A stretch of 64,000 bases of DNA from Nitrosopumilus sp. GTDB taxonomy: Archaea; Thermoproteota; Nitrososphaeria; Nitrososphaerales; Nitrosopumilaceae. The stretch covers positions 2,560,001 through 2,624,000 of the forward strand of contig OZ243974.1 of NCBI GenBank assembly GCA_965214775.1, given 5' to 3'. Of the stretch, positions 20,362 to 30,429 are shown in pieces; positions within the stretch are counted from its first letter, which is position 1, and each line of letters starts with the position of its first letter. The notes under the pieces are model-generated. The model saw only the letters and a list, made by a program, of their open reading frames with translations. It was not told the DNA's origin and did not search any database. Both the position numbers and the translations under genes were made by a program.

Positions 20362-21545
20362 AATATCCCAAAAATGGCAAGTTTGGCGAATTTGGAGGAA
20401 AGTTTATTCCCGAAACACTGGTTCCTGCAGTCGAGGAGCTGGAAGAAAACTATCTCAAATTTAGGAACAACAAGGAATTCAAAGAAGAGCTGAGGTATTA
20501 TCTCAAAGTGTATGCCGGAAGGCCAACCCCGCTATACTATGCAAAAAATCTCTCAGAAAAGCTAGGCGGCGCCAGAATCTACCTAAAAAGAGAGGATCTG
20601 CTTCACGGGGGGGCGCACAAGATCAACAACACGCTAGGCCAGGCCCTTCTTGCAAAAAAAATGAAAAAAAAGAGAATCATTGCCGAAACAGGAGCCGGAC
20701 AGCACGGAGTAGCCACAGCAATGGCATGTGCTGCACTTGGAATGAAGGCAGAGGTATACATGGGATACAAGGACACGATTCGTCAAAAACTCAACGTGTT
20801 TAGAATGAATTTGCTCGGCTCGCAAGTGCACCCGGTAAAATCAGGCTCAGAGACTCTCAAGGATGCAATCAACGAGGCAATCCGAGATTGGATTACCAAT
20901 GTAGAGGCAACATACTACCTTCTTGGCTCAGCTGTAGGGCCTCACCCGTATCCTGTAATGGTCAGAGACTTTCAAAGTGTGATTGGAAACGAGATAAAAT
21001 CACAGATGAAAAAAATAAACAGGGCGCCAGACAATGTTATTGCTTGCGTTGGGGGAGGATCAAATGCCATTGGAACGTTTTACCCACTAGCAGACACGGA
21101 TGCAGAAATTATAGGAGTAGAAGCTGCAGGGCACGGATTAAAGTCAAAGAAACATTCAGCAACGCTGTCTGCAGGAAGCAAGGGGGTCTTGCACGGAATG
21201 ATGACATATCTGCTGCAAGACAAGGAAGGTCAGATTGCTCAAACGCACAGTATTTCAGCTGGACTGGACTATCCCGGAGTCGGGCCTGAACATTCCTACC
21301 TCAAGGACACAAAACGTGTAAAGTATCATGCTGCAACTGACTCTGAAGTAATTGACGCGTTTTTGATGCTGACAAGAACAGAAGGGATCATTCCGGCATT
21401 AGAATCGGCACATGCAATTGCCGAGGCAATCAAGGTAGCAAGGAAGGCAAAGAAATCAGAATCAGTTGTCGTAACGCTTTCAGGAAGGGGGGACAAGGAT
21501 GTCGAAGAGGTACAAAACCATTTGAATAAAAATGTCAAGGATTAA
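20358..21545 (+). CDS. trpB: tryptophan synthase beta chain
   Basis: [27 protein letters not shown]. Confidence 0.97.
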   Translation: MKYPKNGKFGEFGGKFIPETLVPAVEELEENYLKFRNNKEFKEELRYYLKVYAGRPTPLYYAKNLSEKLGGARIYLKREDLLHGGAHKINNTLGQALLAKKMKKKRIIAETGAGQHGVATAMACAALGMKAEVYMGYKDTIRQKLNVFRMNLLGSQVHPVKSGSETLKDAINEAIRDWITNVEATYYLLGSAVGPHPYPVMVRDFQSVIGNEIKSQMKKINRAPDNVIACVGGGSNAIGTFYPLADTDAEIIGVEAAGHGLKSKKHSATLSAGSKGVLHGMMTYLLQDKEGQIAQTHSISAGLDYPGVGPEHSYLKDTKRVKYHAATDSEVIDAFLMLTRTEGIIPALESAHAIAEAIKVARKAKKSESVVVTLSGRGDKDVEEVQNHLNKNVKD

Positions 21546-22332
21546 GAAAAAATTCACAGAGTTGAATTCAAGAAATCAAAAGGCCCTGATTTCATATATT
21601 ATGGCAGGGTATCCAGACGAAGAGGCGACGCTTGCCATAGTAAGGGGATTGGTCAAGGGAGGGGCAGACATCATTGAACTGGGCTTTCCATTTTCAGATC
21701 CTCTGGCAGACGGGCCAGTCATTCAGAATGCAGGCACAATTTCGCTGGAAAGTGGCACAAAGACAGGGGGGTTTTTCAGCATTGTCAAGAAGATCAGAAG
21801 GGAGACAGATATTCCGCTTGTACTGATGACGTATACCAACATTCTGTACCGCAGAGGATTTTCAAGGTTCATCGCAGATGCAAAAAATGCAGGGATTGAC
21901 GGGTTTATTCTTCCGGACATGTCAATTGAAGAGTCAGGAGAATACCTCAAGGCCGCAAAAAATCATGCAGATACAATCTTCCTGATTTCGCCGAATACCG
22001 GCAAGGCAAGAATCGACAAGATTGCCAGGGCATCGTCAGGATTTCTGTATCTAGTTGCAGTGTTTGGGACAACCGGAGTCAAAACCGGGGTTAAGAGATA
22101 CACGCTGGATGCGATAAAAAAAGTAAAGAGGCAGACCAAGGGAAAAATTCCAGTCGGGATCGGTTTTGGAGTTTCAACGCCCCGGGACGTTAAAAGATAC
22201 GTCAGGGCAGGCGCAGATGCAGTAATCGTGGGAAGTGCGTATTTGAAGCTAATAGAAAAGACCCCGGAAAAACAACTAGAATCAAAAATATCGTCGTTTA
22301 CAAGGCAGTTAAAAAAAGAGACGGTTCTCTAG
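21532..22332 (+). CDS. trpA: tryptophan synthase alpha chain
   Basis: [28 protein letters not shown]. Confidence 0.97.
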   Translation: MSRIKKKFTELNSRNQKALISYIMAGYPDEEATLAIVRGLVKGGADIIELGFPFSDPLADGPVIQNAGTISLESGTKTGGFFSIVKKIRRETDIPLVLMTYTNILYRRGFSRFIADAKNAGIDGFILPDMSIEESGEYLKAAKNHADTIFLISPNTGKARIDKIARASSGFLYLVAVFGTTGVKTGVKRYTLDAIKKVKRQTKGKIPVGIGFGVSTPRDVKRYVRAGADAVIVGSAYLKLIEKTPEKQLESKISSFTRQLKKETVL

Positions 22333-22506
22333 TCAGTCCGTTGAAGAAAGGTGGCCGGACAGACATGCACACTGCAACACGGGGAACTTTCCTCAATGAC
22401 CACCGTTTCTAGAGGTTCTCACAACAGTATGGGGCATCAAGGATAAAAAAATTATGTCTGGGAATCCTAAAGAATGTTAAAAAATTTTAAAAAAATTTCA
22501 CATCTG

Positions 22507-23347
22507 TTAGGATCGCATTAGAAGGCATAGTCTGGAACGAATCAAAAGCGTGCTGGAAACCAACCCGACGCCCAAGATTCCAGCTGCAAGAAAGCCAAAT
22601 TCAGGAATTACACGGGTTCCCATAATTTTGACTTGTTTTGCATACGGCTCTGGGAATTATTAATTTCAGGCCCGAAGAGGTTTCTTCAGTTTCAAAGCCG
22701 GTCATGGCCCCATCAACCCAGACGGCGTTGGGATTTTCAATCAGTTCCGGGGGCAGGATCAGCGCAATTTGATCACTTTGGGTGTCTCCAGAAATGACAA
22801 AGGTGACCGTGTTCTCATCGGCATCGATGTGAACTTTGCGTTGAAGGTTTGCATCCAGAACATATCTTACCTCAAATCCCATGCCATCCTCGACAAAGTC
22901 CGAACCCACTCCGTCAATGGAACGGACACCGCTTGCCGGATCCTTTTTGACGTGAACGATTCCAGTCATGAAAGGGCGAATGCTGCAAAAATAATAACAG
23001 TCGCCAATCTCGTCAAATCTCTGAGCATATGATTTTCCTGCAGTAAAAAAGCCGCCATCAAAAACCCCGTCTGCCACAAACTCGCCTGACTGGTAGCTTT
23101 CTGCAGTTACAGAAGTTACGGTGTGAAATGCCGTGTCGGCATTTTGCCATTCCACAGAATCTCCGGGCTGAACGGCAATTATGCCGCTAGTCACGCCGGT
23201 GGATTCTTCAAACCAAAAGTAAGGGGTGCCAGGATCTGGTGCCCCAAAGGGGATGGTTATCTCGTATTTTTCGGCAAACGCAACGACGCCGTCAAGGGCA
23301 AACGCAGACAAGAGCAAAATCGGCAGGACCAGCAGAGATGAGCGCAT
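22507..23347 (-). pseudogene. cupredoxin-domain PEFG-CTERM surface protein, frameshifted
   Basis: Signal peptide, HTVTS, YFCSIRPFMTG; VIPEFGFLAAGILGVGLV tail lies in another frame ending at 22507. Confidence 0.75.
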
Positions 23348-23427
23348 GGGCTAATTTGCCACAGGCTATGTTTCAATCACGATCTGATCGGCAAAACATA
23401 CAAAAACCAGATATTCGTTTCATTAAT

Positions 23428-25092
23428 GTGCAGACGAAGTTTATTTTTGTCACAGGTGGCGTCATGTCCGGCCTTGGAAAAGGCGTTACGACCTCGTCGG
23501 TTGCAAAATTACTGCAGTTGGCAGACCAAAAGGTCTCTTGCATCAAAATAGATCCATATCTCAATTACGATGCTGGAACGATGAACCCCGTAGCTCACGG
23601 AGAGGTCTTTGTCACAGAGGACGGGGGAGAGTGCGACATGGATATTGGAAATTATGAAAGGTTTCTAAATCAAAATATTGCCAAAAGCCACAACATTACG
23701 ACGGCCCAGGTGTACTCTTCAGTAATAGAGGCAGAAAGAAAGGGGGAGTACCTTGGGGCATGTGTGCAAATCATTCCCCACATTACAGATGAAATAAAAA
23801 ACAGAATCAGGAACATTGCAAAAGGCGAGGAGCTGGACTTTCTGATTGTAGAGTGCGGCGGAACGGTGGGGGATATCGAATCGCTTCCATTCTTAGAAGC
23901 GCTAAGGCAGATGAGGGTGGAGGAAGGTCCCCGGGGAGTCATTTTTGTTCATGTTACATTGGCTCCCTCGCTAGATGTCGTAGGCGAGCAGAAAACCAAG
24001 CCAACCCAGCACAGCGTTCAGGAATTGAGAAGGATTGGCATTCAGCCGGATTTTCTTGCAGTAAGGTGCACTTTGCCCTTGGAAGAAAAGACAAAAAAGA
24101 AGATGGCAATGTTCACAAATGTCAGGCCAGACGATGTCCTGTCTTGCCATGACGCAAAGTCAATTTTTGAGGTTCCTCAAATTCTTTATGGCCAAGGAAT
24201 CATGGATTCGATGTTTACCAAGTTCAACAAAGTAGGAATGGTAAACGCTTCGGCAAACTGGGACAGATGGAACAGGATTGCCGAAAACATGGCAGGCCGC
24301 AAAGGCCAGAAAGTCAGCATAGCAATGGTCGGAAAATACGTCGCCCTGGCTGACAGTTATGTCAGTGTCAACCATGCCCTAAAGCATGCAGGGGCGCAAA
24401 TCGGAAAATCAGTGGATATTGACTGGGTTGATTCAGAGTCAATTTCCGATTGCAGTGCCCTGTTAAATTATGACGGCATACTGGTTCCGGGGGGTTTTGG
24501 CACCAGGGGATCAGAGGGGATTATTCAGACTGCGGACTTTGCCAGGAAAAACAACATCCCATATCTTGGCATATGTTTTGGGTTTCAGCTAGCAGCAGTG
24601 GCATTTGGAAGAAGCGTTCTAAAGTTAGACGATGCAAATTCGACTGAAATCAATGCAGATACCAAAGCGCCGATTGTTGATCTGCTGCCTGAACAAAAAG
24701 ACACCCCGGAGATGGGCGGATCATTGAGGCTGGGAGCCAACAGCATACGTATTAAAGAAAGTTCCACGGCACAGAAAATCTACAATTCGGATTCGATCAG
24801 CAAGCGCCACAGACACAGATATGAGATCAACAGAGAATACATCCCGGAGTTTGAAAGGAGAGGATTGGTATTTTCTGCAGAAAGCGACGGCGGAAAAAGG
24901 ATGGAGATACTAGAAATACCAGATCATAAATTCTACCTGGGAGTTCAGTTCCATCCGGAGTTCAATAGCAGGCCAGGATTCCCAGAAGAGTCATTTGTCG
25001 CATTTCTCAAAGCGGCCTCTGAGCAAAACGCCATCCAGACACAAAAGTCTGACGAGGGTGCAAACAGATTGCAAGAACAGACAACGTCATAA
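23428..25092 (+). CDS. pyrG: CTP synthase
   Basis: FVTGGVMSGLGKG, KTKPTQHSV, GICFG, QFHPE; GTG start at 23428. Confidence 0.97.
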   Translation: MQTKFIFVTGGVMSGLGKGVTTSSVAKLLQLADQKVSCIKIDPYLNYDAGTMNPVAHGEVFVTEDGGECDMDIGNYERFLNQNIAKSHNITTAQVYSSVIEAERKGEYLGACVQIIPHITDEIKNRIRNIAKGEELDFLIVECGGTVGDIESLPFLEALRQMRVEEGPRGVIFVHVTLAPSLDVVGEQKTKPTQHSVQELRRIGIQPDFLAVRCTLPLEEKTKKKMAMFTNVRPDDVLSCHDAKSIFEVPQILYGQGIMDSMFTKFNKVGMVNASANWDRWNRIAENMAGRKGQKVSIAMVGKYVALADSYVSVNHALKHAGAQIGKSVDIDWVDSESISDCSALLNYDGILVPGGFGTRGSEGIIQTADFARKNNIPYLGICFGFQLAAVAFGRSVLKLDDANSTEINADTKAPIVDLLPEQKDTPEMGGSLRLGANSIRIKESSTAQKIYNSDSISKRHRHRYEINREYIPEFERRGLVFSAESDGGKRMEILEIPDHKFYLGVQFHPEFNSRPGFPEESFVAFLKAASEQNAIQTQKSDEGANRLQEQTTS

Positions 25093-25259
25093 CAGCCAGA
25101 TGACAGCACCAAAAAGCGCGTAAGGGAACGGCCCACCACGGAAGCAAGGGTTGCCGTTCGTCTAGAGGAATGCCCCGGGAAAGAGTCAAAAAAGAAAAGT
25201 CAAGGCAGCAAAGGAAGGCAGATCCCGCACCTGCCAGTCTCTCCAAGATTGGCCGGGAT

Positions 25260-26261
25260 CTATTCCAGTTTGGAGATCTCGTAGATTTTTTGCCGGGCAT
25301 CGCGAATAGACACCTTTTTTTTGACATACCCTTTTTTTAGCAAGTGGCTGAGTGCCAGTCTTACCGTCCTGCCAGGCAGCAAAGTCTTGTTGGCAAGATC
25401 TTTCTGGGTTAGCGCGCCTTCGTATTCAAGGGTTTTTAGAAGAAGTTTTGAGCTTGGAGGCATACTGAGCAATTCTTCGGCAAGATGGACCTTTTTTGCC
25501 AACGCAGAGATTGCAGTAGAGTCTTTTTTTAATCGGATGATCTTTGCAGGAGGCAGAAATTGTGTGCATTCGACGGTCTTGTTTACTTTGTACCTGTCCA
25601 GTCCATCAAGGACTGCCTCGCAATGCAGCCGGGCAGATATGTCGTCAATTTCGATGGAGCTGCAGTTTGAGACGATTATTGGGCGCCTGGTAACATCAAG
25701 GGAGTTTACAGATATTATTTCAAAGGCTGCAGAATCCTCAAAGAGCACAGGCCCGCCTGCAGACATCGAATACGCAGAAGAGCCAATCGGGGTAGAAACA
25801 ATGACGCCGTCGCCGTTGTCGTGCCATACCTCCTTGCCGTTTACTCGCAGCGTATGCTCCATCAGCATGGCGCTTTTTGACGAAAAAACAGCAACGTCAT
25901 TTAATACGGGATAGACGCTCTTGCCGTCAATTTTTACGCCCAGTCGGGGAACTTCTTCTATTGAGAAATCCTGTCTTTTTAGTATGTCAACATATGATGG
26001 GAACTCCCTTAGCTCAATTTGTGCCAAGAACCCGCTTGCTTCACCTTCGTTGATTCCCAAAACAGGAGACGCCGAATCAGACGTTCTGTGAAAATAGTTT
26101 CTGACGCCCTTGTCCCCGCCTAAAACAACAATGCAGTCTGCCTGCCTGCTGCTCTTTGACTTTGTAATTGCAAATGACTTGATGTCGTTTTCATCCAGGA
26201 TTTTCTTGATTGCTTTTGCGGCACTGCCTGCAGTGCCTGAACCATAGATCCCTATTTGCAT
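25260..26261 (-). CDS. NAD kinase-like protein fused to C-terminal winged HTH
   Basis: GGD, LNDV, GDGVIVSTPIGSSAYSMSAGG; C-terminal PPSSKLLLKTLEYEGALTQKDLA...TVRLAL. Confidence 0.88.
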   Translation of the reverse strand: MQIGIYGSGTAGSAAKAIKKILDENDIKSFAITKSKSSRQADCIVVLGGDKGVRNYFHRTSDSASPVLGINEGEASGFLAQIELREFPSYVDILKRQDFSIEEVPRLGVKIDGKSVYPVLNDVAVFSSKSAMLMEHTLRVNGKEVWHDNGDGVIVSTPIGSSAYSMSAGGPVLFEDSAAFEIISVNSLDVTRRPIIVSNCSSIEIDDISARLHCEAVLDGLDRYKVNKTVECTQFLPPAKIIRLKKDSTAISALAKKVHLAEELLSMPPSSKLLLKTLEYEGALTQKDLANKTLLPGRTVRLALSHLLKKGYVKKKVSIRDARQKIYEISKLE

Positions 26262-26303
26262 GTTTGAAAGAAACTCTCAGCACAATAAAAGAATACTCCT
26301 ATG

Positions 26304-27188
26304 TTATAAATCACGGAATTTTACAAGATTGTAAAAGTAAGAAGCGTTGGTCTGAATGGCGCTCTTTTGGGGAATTTTTTGCAGTCCCACGTTCTTGGAG
26401 TCCAAAGCGGCCTGAGCAGCACCGCCTGCAAAGCACAGAGCCCACAAGTAGTCCTTTTCCTTTAACATGGTACAGCAAAAAGCGGAGCAGAAAATGTCTC
26501 CAATTCCGGTGGTATCATGAATTTCTTTGCTGGGCAGGGTGATCGAATAGACCTTGTCTTTGAGAAGGAGTGAGACGTCTGTTTTGTTTGTCAGGAGAAC
26601 GTATTTTGCGCCCTTTTTTTGCAAGGCAGCCATCATTTCGTCATGAGTGCCACTTGTCATACAGGCAGCTTCCTCAGGATTGACCTTGACTGCGTCAACA
26701 CCAGTCAAATCAACGTCTTTGTTTTGTAGCAAAACATTTTTTTCCGAATCCACAGTTCGTAAAAACCCCTGCGGGTCTACAAAAAGAAAATTTGAATCCC
26801 TTTTGATTTGCTTGAAAATATCGCCAGATATTTCATGGTAAATCGGACTGACAAGATGGCAGTCTGCATCATCGCCGCTGCCGCCACTGCCAGGATATTC
26901 AATGGGTGCGCATTGGTTTTCAAGTTTCAGTGTGCGTTCTGCACCTGTAATATTTATTGCAAATTTTGTGGTTTTTGTATCAGATTCACAGTTCTCAAAG
27001 TTAATCCCGTTTTCAGAAAGATATTGTTTGGGGAAGTCTGGACCGAATTTCGAATACAAGTCAACATCAAACTTGAACTGTCTGGCAGTGATTCCGCAAT
27101 AGCATGCAGCCCCACCAATCTGCTCGTAATTTGAATCGCCTATGGTGATGTCATCAATTGCACAGTGGGAGAAAACAGACAGTTTCAT
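26304..27188 (-). CDS. PfkB/ribokinase-family kinase
   Basis: GGAACY, VDPQG, DTTGIGDIF. Confidence 0.88.
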   Translation of the reverse strand: MKLSVFSHCAIDDITIGDSNYEQIGGAACYCGITARQFKFDVDLYSKFGPDFPKQYLSENGINFENCESDTKTTKFAINITGAERTLKLENQCAPIEYPGSGGSGDDADCHLVSPIYHEISGDIFKQIKRDSNFLFVDPQGFLRTVDSEKNVLLQNKDVDLTGVDAVKVNPEEAACMTSGTHDEMMAALQKKGAKYVLLTNKTDVSLLLKDKVYSITLPSKEIHDTTGIGDIFCSAFCCTMLKEKDYLWALCFAGGAAQAALDSKNVGLQKIPQKSAIQTNASYFYNLVKFRDL

Positions 27189-27674
27189 TTCTCTTGACTG
27201 CAGGGATTGGGGATTTAGTTTTTTGCATTGTTTTTGTTTGCACAGCCATGGCAAAGGATCTCGCCTTTTTCAACAACCAATTCGACTCCGGAACTATGAC
27301 AGGAATGGCACAAGCCCTTTAACGCCATCAATGGGAATTACGCGATCTATCATTAAAACATGCGGTGGTTTTGTGCCCGATTCAGGCTCAATGTACGGCA
27401 ACGGCAGGGCCCCACATGTCACTTTGCCAGCGGTAAACCGAAATCAAAAGCCGTACTAATTTTTCAGGTAATTTCACAGATGACTTGTATTTGTCGGTAT
27501 TTTGGGATGTTTTATGCAGATCTGCTCACAAGCAACCGGAATCGGCTAATCTCAAATCAGTTCTCAGAATCCGGAACGTCTCCTGCCCCCATGGCTGCTA
27601 TTTGGCATTTTTTGTCACATGCAAACCTAAAAAAATCTCATGAATATTATACCGAAAGGCCGTCCTAAAGTGTG

Positions 27675-28565
27675 ATGATGTCTGCTTGGTTTCGAGTAAT
27701 TCGAGTCAGGTTTCTCCTATCTTCTGTAATCGGAGTCACAGTCGGCCTGTCTTTGAATTGGTGGCAGTATGATTCACTTGATATTCTTGATGGCGCTTTG
27801 ACGTTTGCAGGAGTAATGGCGCTTCATGCCAGCGTTGACTTGCTCAATGATTTTTGGGATTTTAAGCGAGGGATCGATACCCAGACTCCAAAAACAAAAA
27901 TGAGTGGCGGCACCGGCGTCTTGCCAGAAGGTTTGCTAAAACCTTCATCAGTGTATCGTGCAGGCATCGCATTTCTGATAATTGGCTCAGCTATTGGCGG
28001 ATACTTTGTCATAACTGACGGGATTGTCATTGCAGTGATTTTGGGATTTGCAATTCTTTCAATATACTTTTACTCGACAAAGATTGTCGACTCTGGCTTG
28101 GGAGAATTTTTTGTTGCAGTCAAGGGATCCATGATTGTGCTTGGAGCGTACTTTATCCAATCCGATCAGTTAACCGCAGAGGCTGCTATGGCAGGAGTCG
28201 TTATTGGGCCGTTATCTGCGCTAGTTCTTTTCATTGCATCGTTTCCTGATCATGATGCCGACAAATCCAAAGGACGAAAAACCCTGGTTGTTGCAGTAGG
28301 AAGGCAGGCTGCCTCAAGATTAATTTGGATTTTTCCCCTGGTCTCATATGCCGTAATTGTTGTCGGAGTTTCTTTGAATCTGTTTCCTATGATGTCTCTG
28401 ATTTGCCTTTTTACAGTTCCCATAATGGCAATGTTTGGAATTGGCTTGAAAAAGCACTGTCTGTCTGTTGAAGAGCTAATTCCGCACATGTCATCAGCCT
28501 TGATGTTTAGCAGGATTACCGGGGCTCTTTTTGTGGCAAGTTTTCTAATAGACTTGTATCTTTAG
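27675..28565 (+). CDS. UbiA/MenA-family prenyltransferase
   Basis: NDFWDFKRGID and PDHDADKSKGRKTL motifs; multiple TM segments. Confidence 0.88.
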   Translation: MMSAWFRVIRVRFLLSSVIGVTVGLSLNWWQYDSLDILDGALTFAGVMALHASVDLLNDFWDFKRGIDTQTPKTKMSGGTGVLPEGLLKPSSVYRAGIAFLIIGSAIGGYFVITDGIVIAVILGFAILSIYFYSTKIVDSGLGEFFVAVKGSMIVLGAYFIQSDQLTAEAAMAGVVIGPLSALVLFIASFPDHDADKSKGRKTLVVAVGRQAASRLIWIFPLVSYAVIVVGVSLNLFPMMSLICLFTVPIMAMFGIGLKKHCLSVEELIPHMSSALMFSRITGALFVASFLIDLYL

Positions 28566-28595
28566 ACATAAATTTAGCATCCTAAAAGAGCAAGT

Positions 28596-29696
28596 ATGAT
28601 TTCTGGCTTTGCAACGTCTGAAGGAACAAGGAGGTTTGCTTCAAAATCAGGCGCAGACAAGGCCAATTTCAGAAGTTTTGCCGACTTGACTCTGTCAAAT
28701 GTAGGAATTGGAACTTATCTCGGCGATCCGACAAAAGAGACAGACGTGCTTGTAACTAGTGCCGTAAAAAAATCAATCGAATCAGGAGTTAATGTCGTCG
28801 ATACTGCAATCAATTACCGATCTCAAAAGGCCGAGCGCTCAGTTGGAAAAGCGCTGAGGGAACTGCTCGAAGAAGGCAAGGCTTCTCGAGATGAAATTTT
28901 TGTTAGCACAAAAAACGGATATGTTACAAATGATGCCGACGTCCAGCTAGGATTCTGGGAATATGTAAAGCAGGAATATACCGAAAAGGGAATTCTCAAA
29001 GAAGGCGACGTTACGTCCGGGTACCACTGTATGACAGTGCCGTATCTTTCTGATCAGCTTGACAAGAGTCTAAAAAACCTGGATCTTGAAACTGTTGACT
29101 TGATGTATTTGCACAATGCCGTAGAAGGACAAATCAAGGATGTTTCCATGGAAACATTTCTGAAAAGCCTCCGGTCCGTTTTTGAATTGTATGAGCAGAA
29201 ACGCGATGAAGGAAAGATCAAGTTTTATGGAATGGCCACCTGGGAATGCTTTAGAGTCCCAAGGGAAAACCCGCAATATCTTTCACTTGAAGACACGATT
29301 GCCATGGCAAAATCAGTAGGCGGGGAGAACCACGGGTTCAGGTTTATTCAGCTGCCATTTAACATGTATTATGATCAGGCACTTTTAGGAAAAACACAGA
29401 CATTTGGCTCTGATACTGTCTCTGCATTGGATGCCGCATCTAGACTAAACCTTGGCGTGTTTACCAGCGTTCCATTTATGCAGGGGCGGCTTTTGCAACC
29501 CGGCGTGATGCCGGAGTTTGGCGATATGAAGCCACCTATGAGGGCGCTGCAATTCATTCGCTCCTCCCCTGGCGTCCTGGCTCCCCTGGTCGGTCAAAAA
29601 TCATCAGCACATGTTGCCGAAAACCTGGAAATCATGAATGTTCCCCCGATTCCCGAAGATGAGTTTCCGGGAATTGTGAAAAAACTTACATCGTAG
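28596..29696 (+). CDS. aldo/keto reductase
   Basis: GIGTY, DTAINY, STKNG, DLMYLH, IQLPFN. Confidence 0.9.
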   Translation: MISGFATSEGTRRFASKSGADKANFRSFADLTLSNVGIGTYLGDPTKETDVLVTSAVKKSIESGVNVVDTAINYRSQKAERSVGKALRELLEEGKASRDEIFVSTKNGYVTNDADVQLGFWEYVKQEYTEKGILKEGDVTSGYHCMTVPYLSDQLDKSLKNLDLETVDLMYLHNAVEGQIKDVSMETFLKSLRSVFELYEQKRDEGKIKFYGMATWECFRVPRENPQYLSLEDTIAMAKSVGGENHGFRFIQLPFNMYYDQALLGKTQTFGSDTVSALDAASRLNLGVFTSVPFMQGRLLQPGVMPEFGDMKPPMRALQFIRSSPGVLAPLVGQKSSAHVAENLEIMNVPPIPEDEFPGIVKKLTS

Positions 29697-29762
29697 ATTT
29701 TCTCGCTTTCAGTGCCAGAATTTTATAGAAAGATAATAAATGAGTTAGTCTTAATAACTACG

Positions 29763-30134
29763 ATGAATTTGCCTCCCAAGATATATGACTATACTGCCAT
29801 CTGCAGTTCCATTTTGTCAATTGACCCCAAAATCAGATTTGCAGGAGTCATTAATGACAGAGGAAGATTGGTTGCAGGCGGCATGAAAGAAAATGTCGAG
29901 CCGCTAGAGAATGAAAAAGACGACGAGATGATTTTCATGGAACTTGCATTGCGCGTAAGAATGCGAAAAGAGTTTGACAGGCAGTTAGGCCCAGTAAACT
30001 TTGCGATGGCCTCCCGCAAAAGGGCACTTGCAATTAGTGTCATAATTAATGACGACATCCTGTATGTTGTAGCAGAGCCTGATTCTGATTACGGTGTTCT
30101 GCCAAAGAAGATTTTAGAAATAGTCCGTTCCTGA
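29763..30134 (+). CDS. thaumarchaeal roadblock-like (DUF6659-type) protein
   Basis: IRFAGVINDRGRLVAGG...MRKEFDRQLGPV. Confidence 0.75.
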   Translation: MNLPPKIYDYTAICSSILSIDPKIRFAGVINDRGRLVAGGMKENVEPLENEKDDEMIFMELALRVRMRKEFDRQLGPVNFAMASRKRALAISVIINDDILYVVAEPDSDYGVLPKKILEIVRS

Positions 30135-30193
30135 GTCTCTGTTTCCATACTTAACCTTGATTGATAACTACAATCGTACGAGGTCATCTGCTC

Positions 30194-30320
30194 GGGGTTG
30201 TCGCCTAATTCTGCTTGTTTGGCTCAACCTGCACGTTTTTCTGAACTTCCGCCTCTGCACGCCTGATCCATTGGCACCTCAATGATTTTCATGAATTCTG
30301 GTGAATTAGGCGACAGTCCC
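30194..30320. mobile_element. MITE family A (GGGGTTGTCGCCTAATTC ends)
   Basis: TIRs match 39542 and 53733 copies; no TSD readable. Confidence 0.8.
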
Positions 30321-30429
30321 ACCTACAACCACCCGATCCGTAGCACTACCACCGTTCACCCAAATAAGTAGCAAAACTGGGGGAATCACTGCGTCCTGAT
30401 GGCTGATCCGGGGAACTTTTTTCATCCTG

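Noticed and set aside
23239-23427. N-terminal extension of PyrG
   Set aside because: Overlaps the divergent gene; recognisable PyrG sequence starts at GTG 23428
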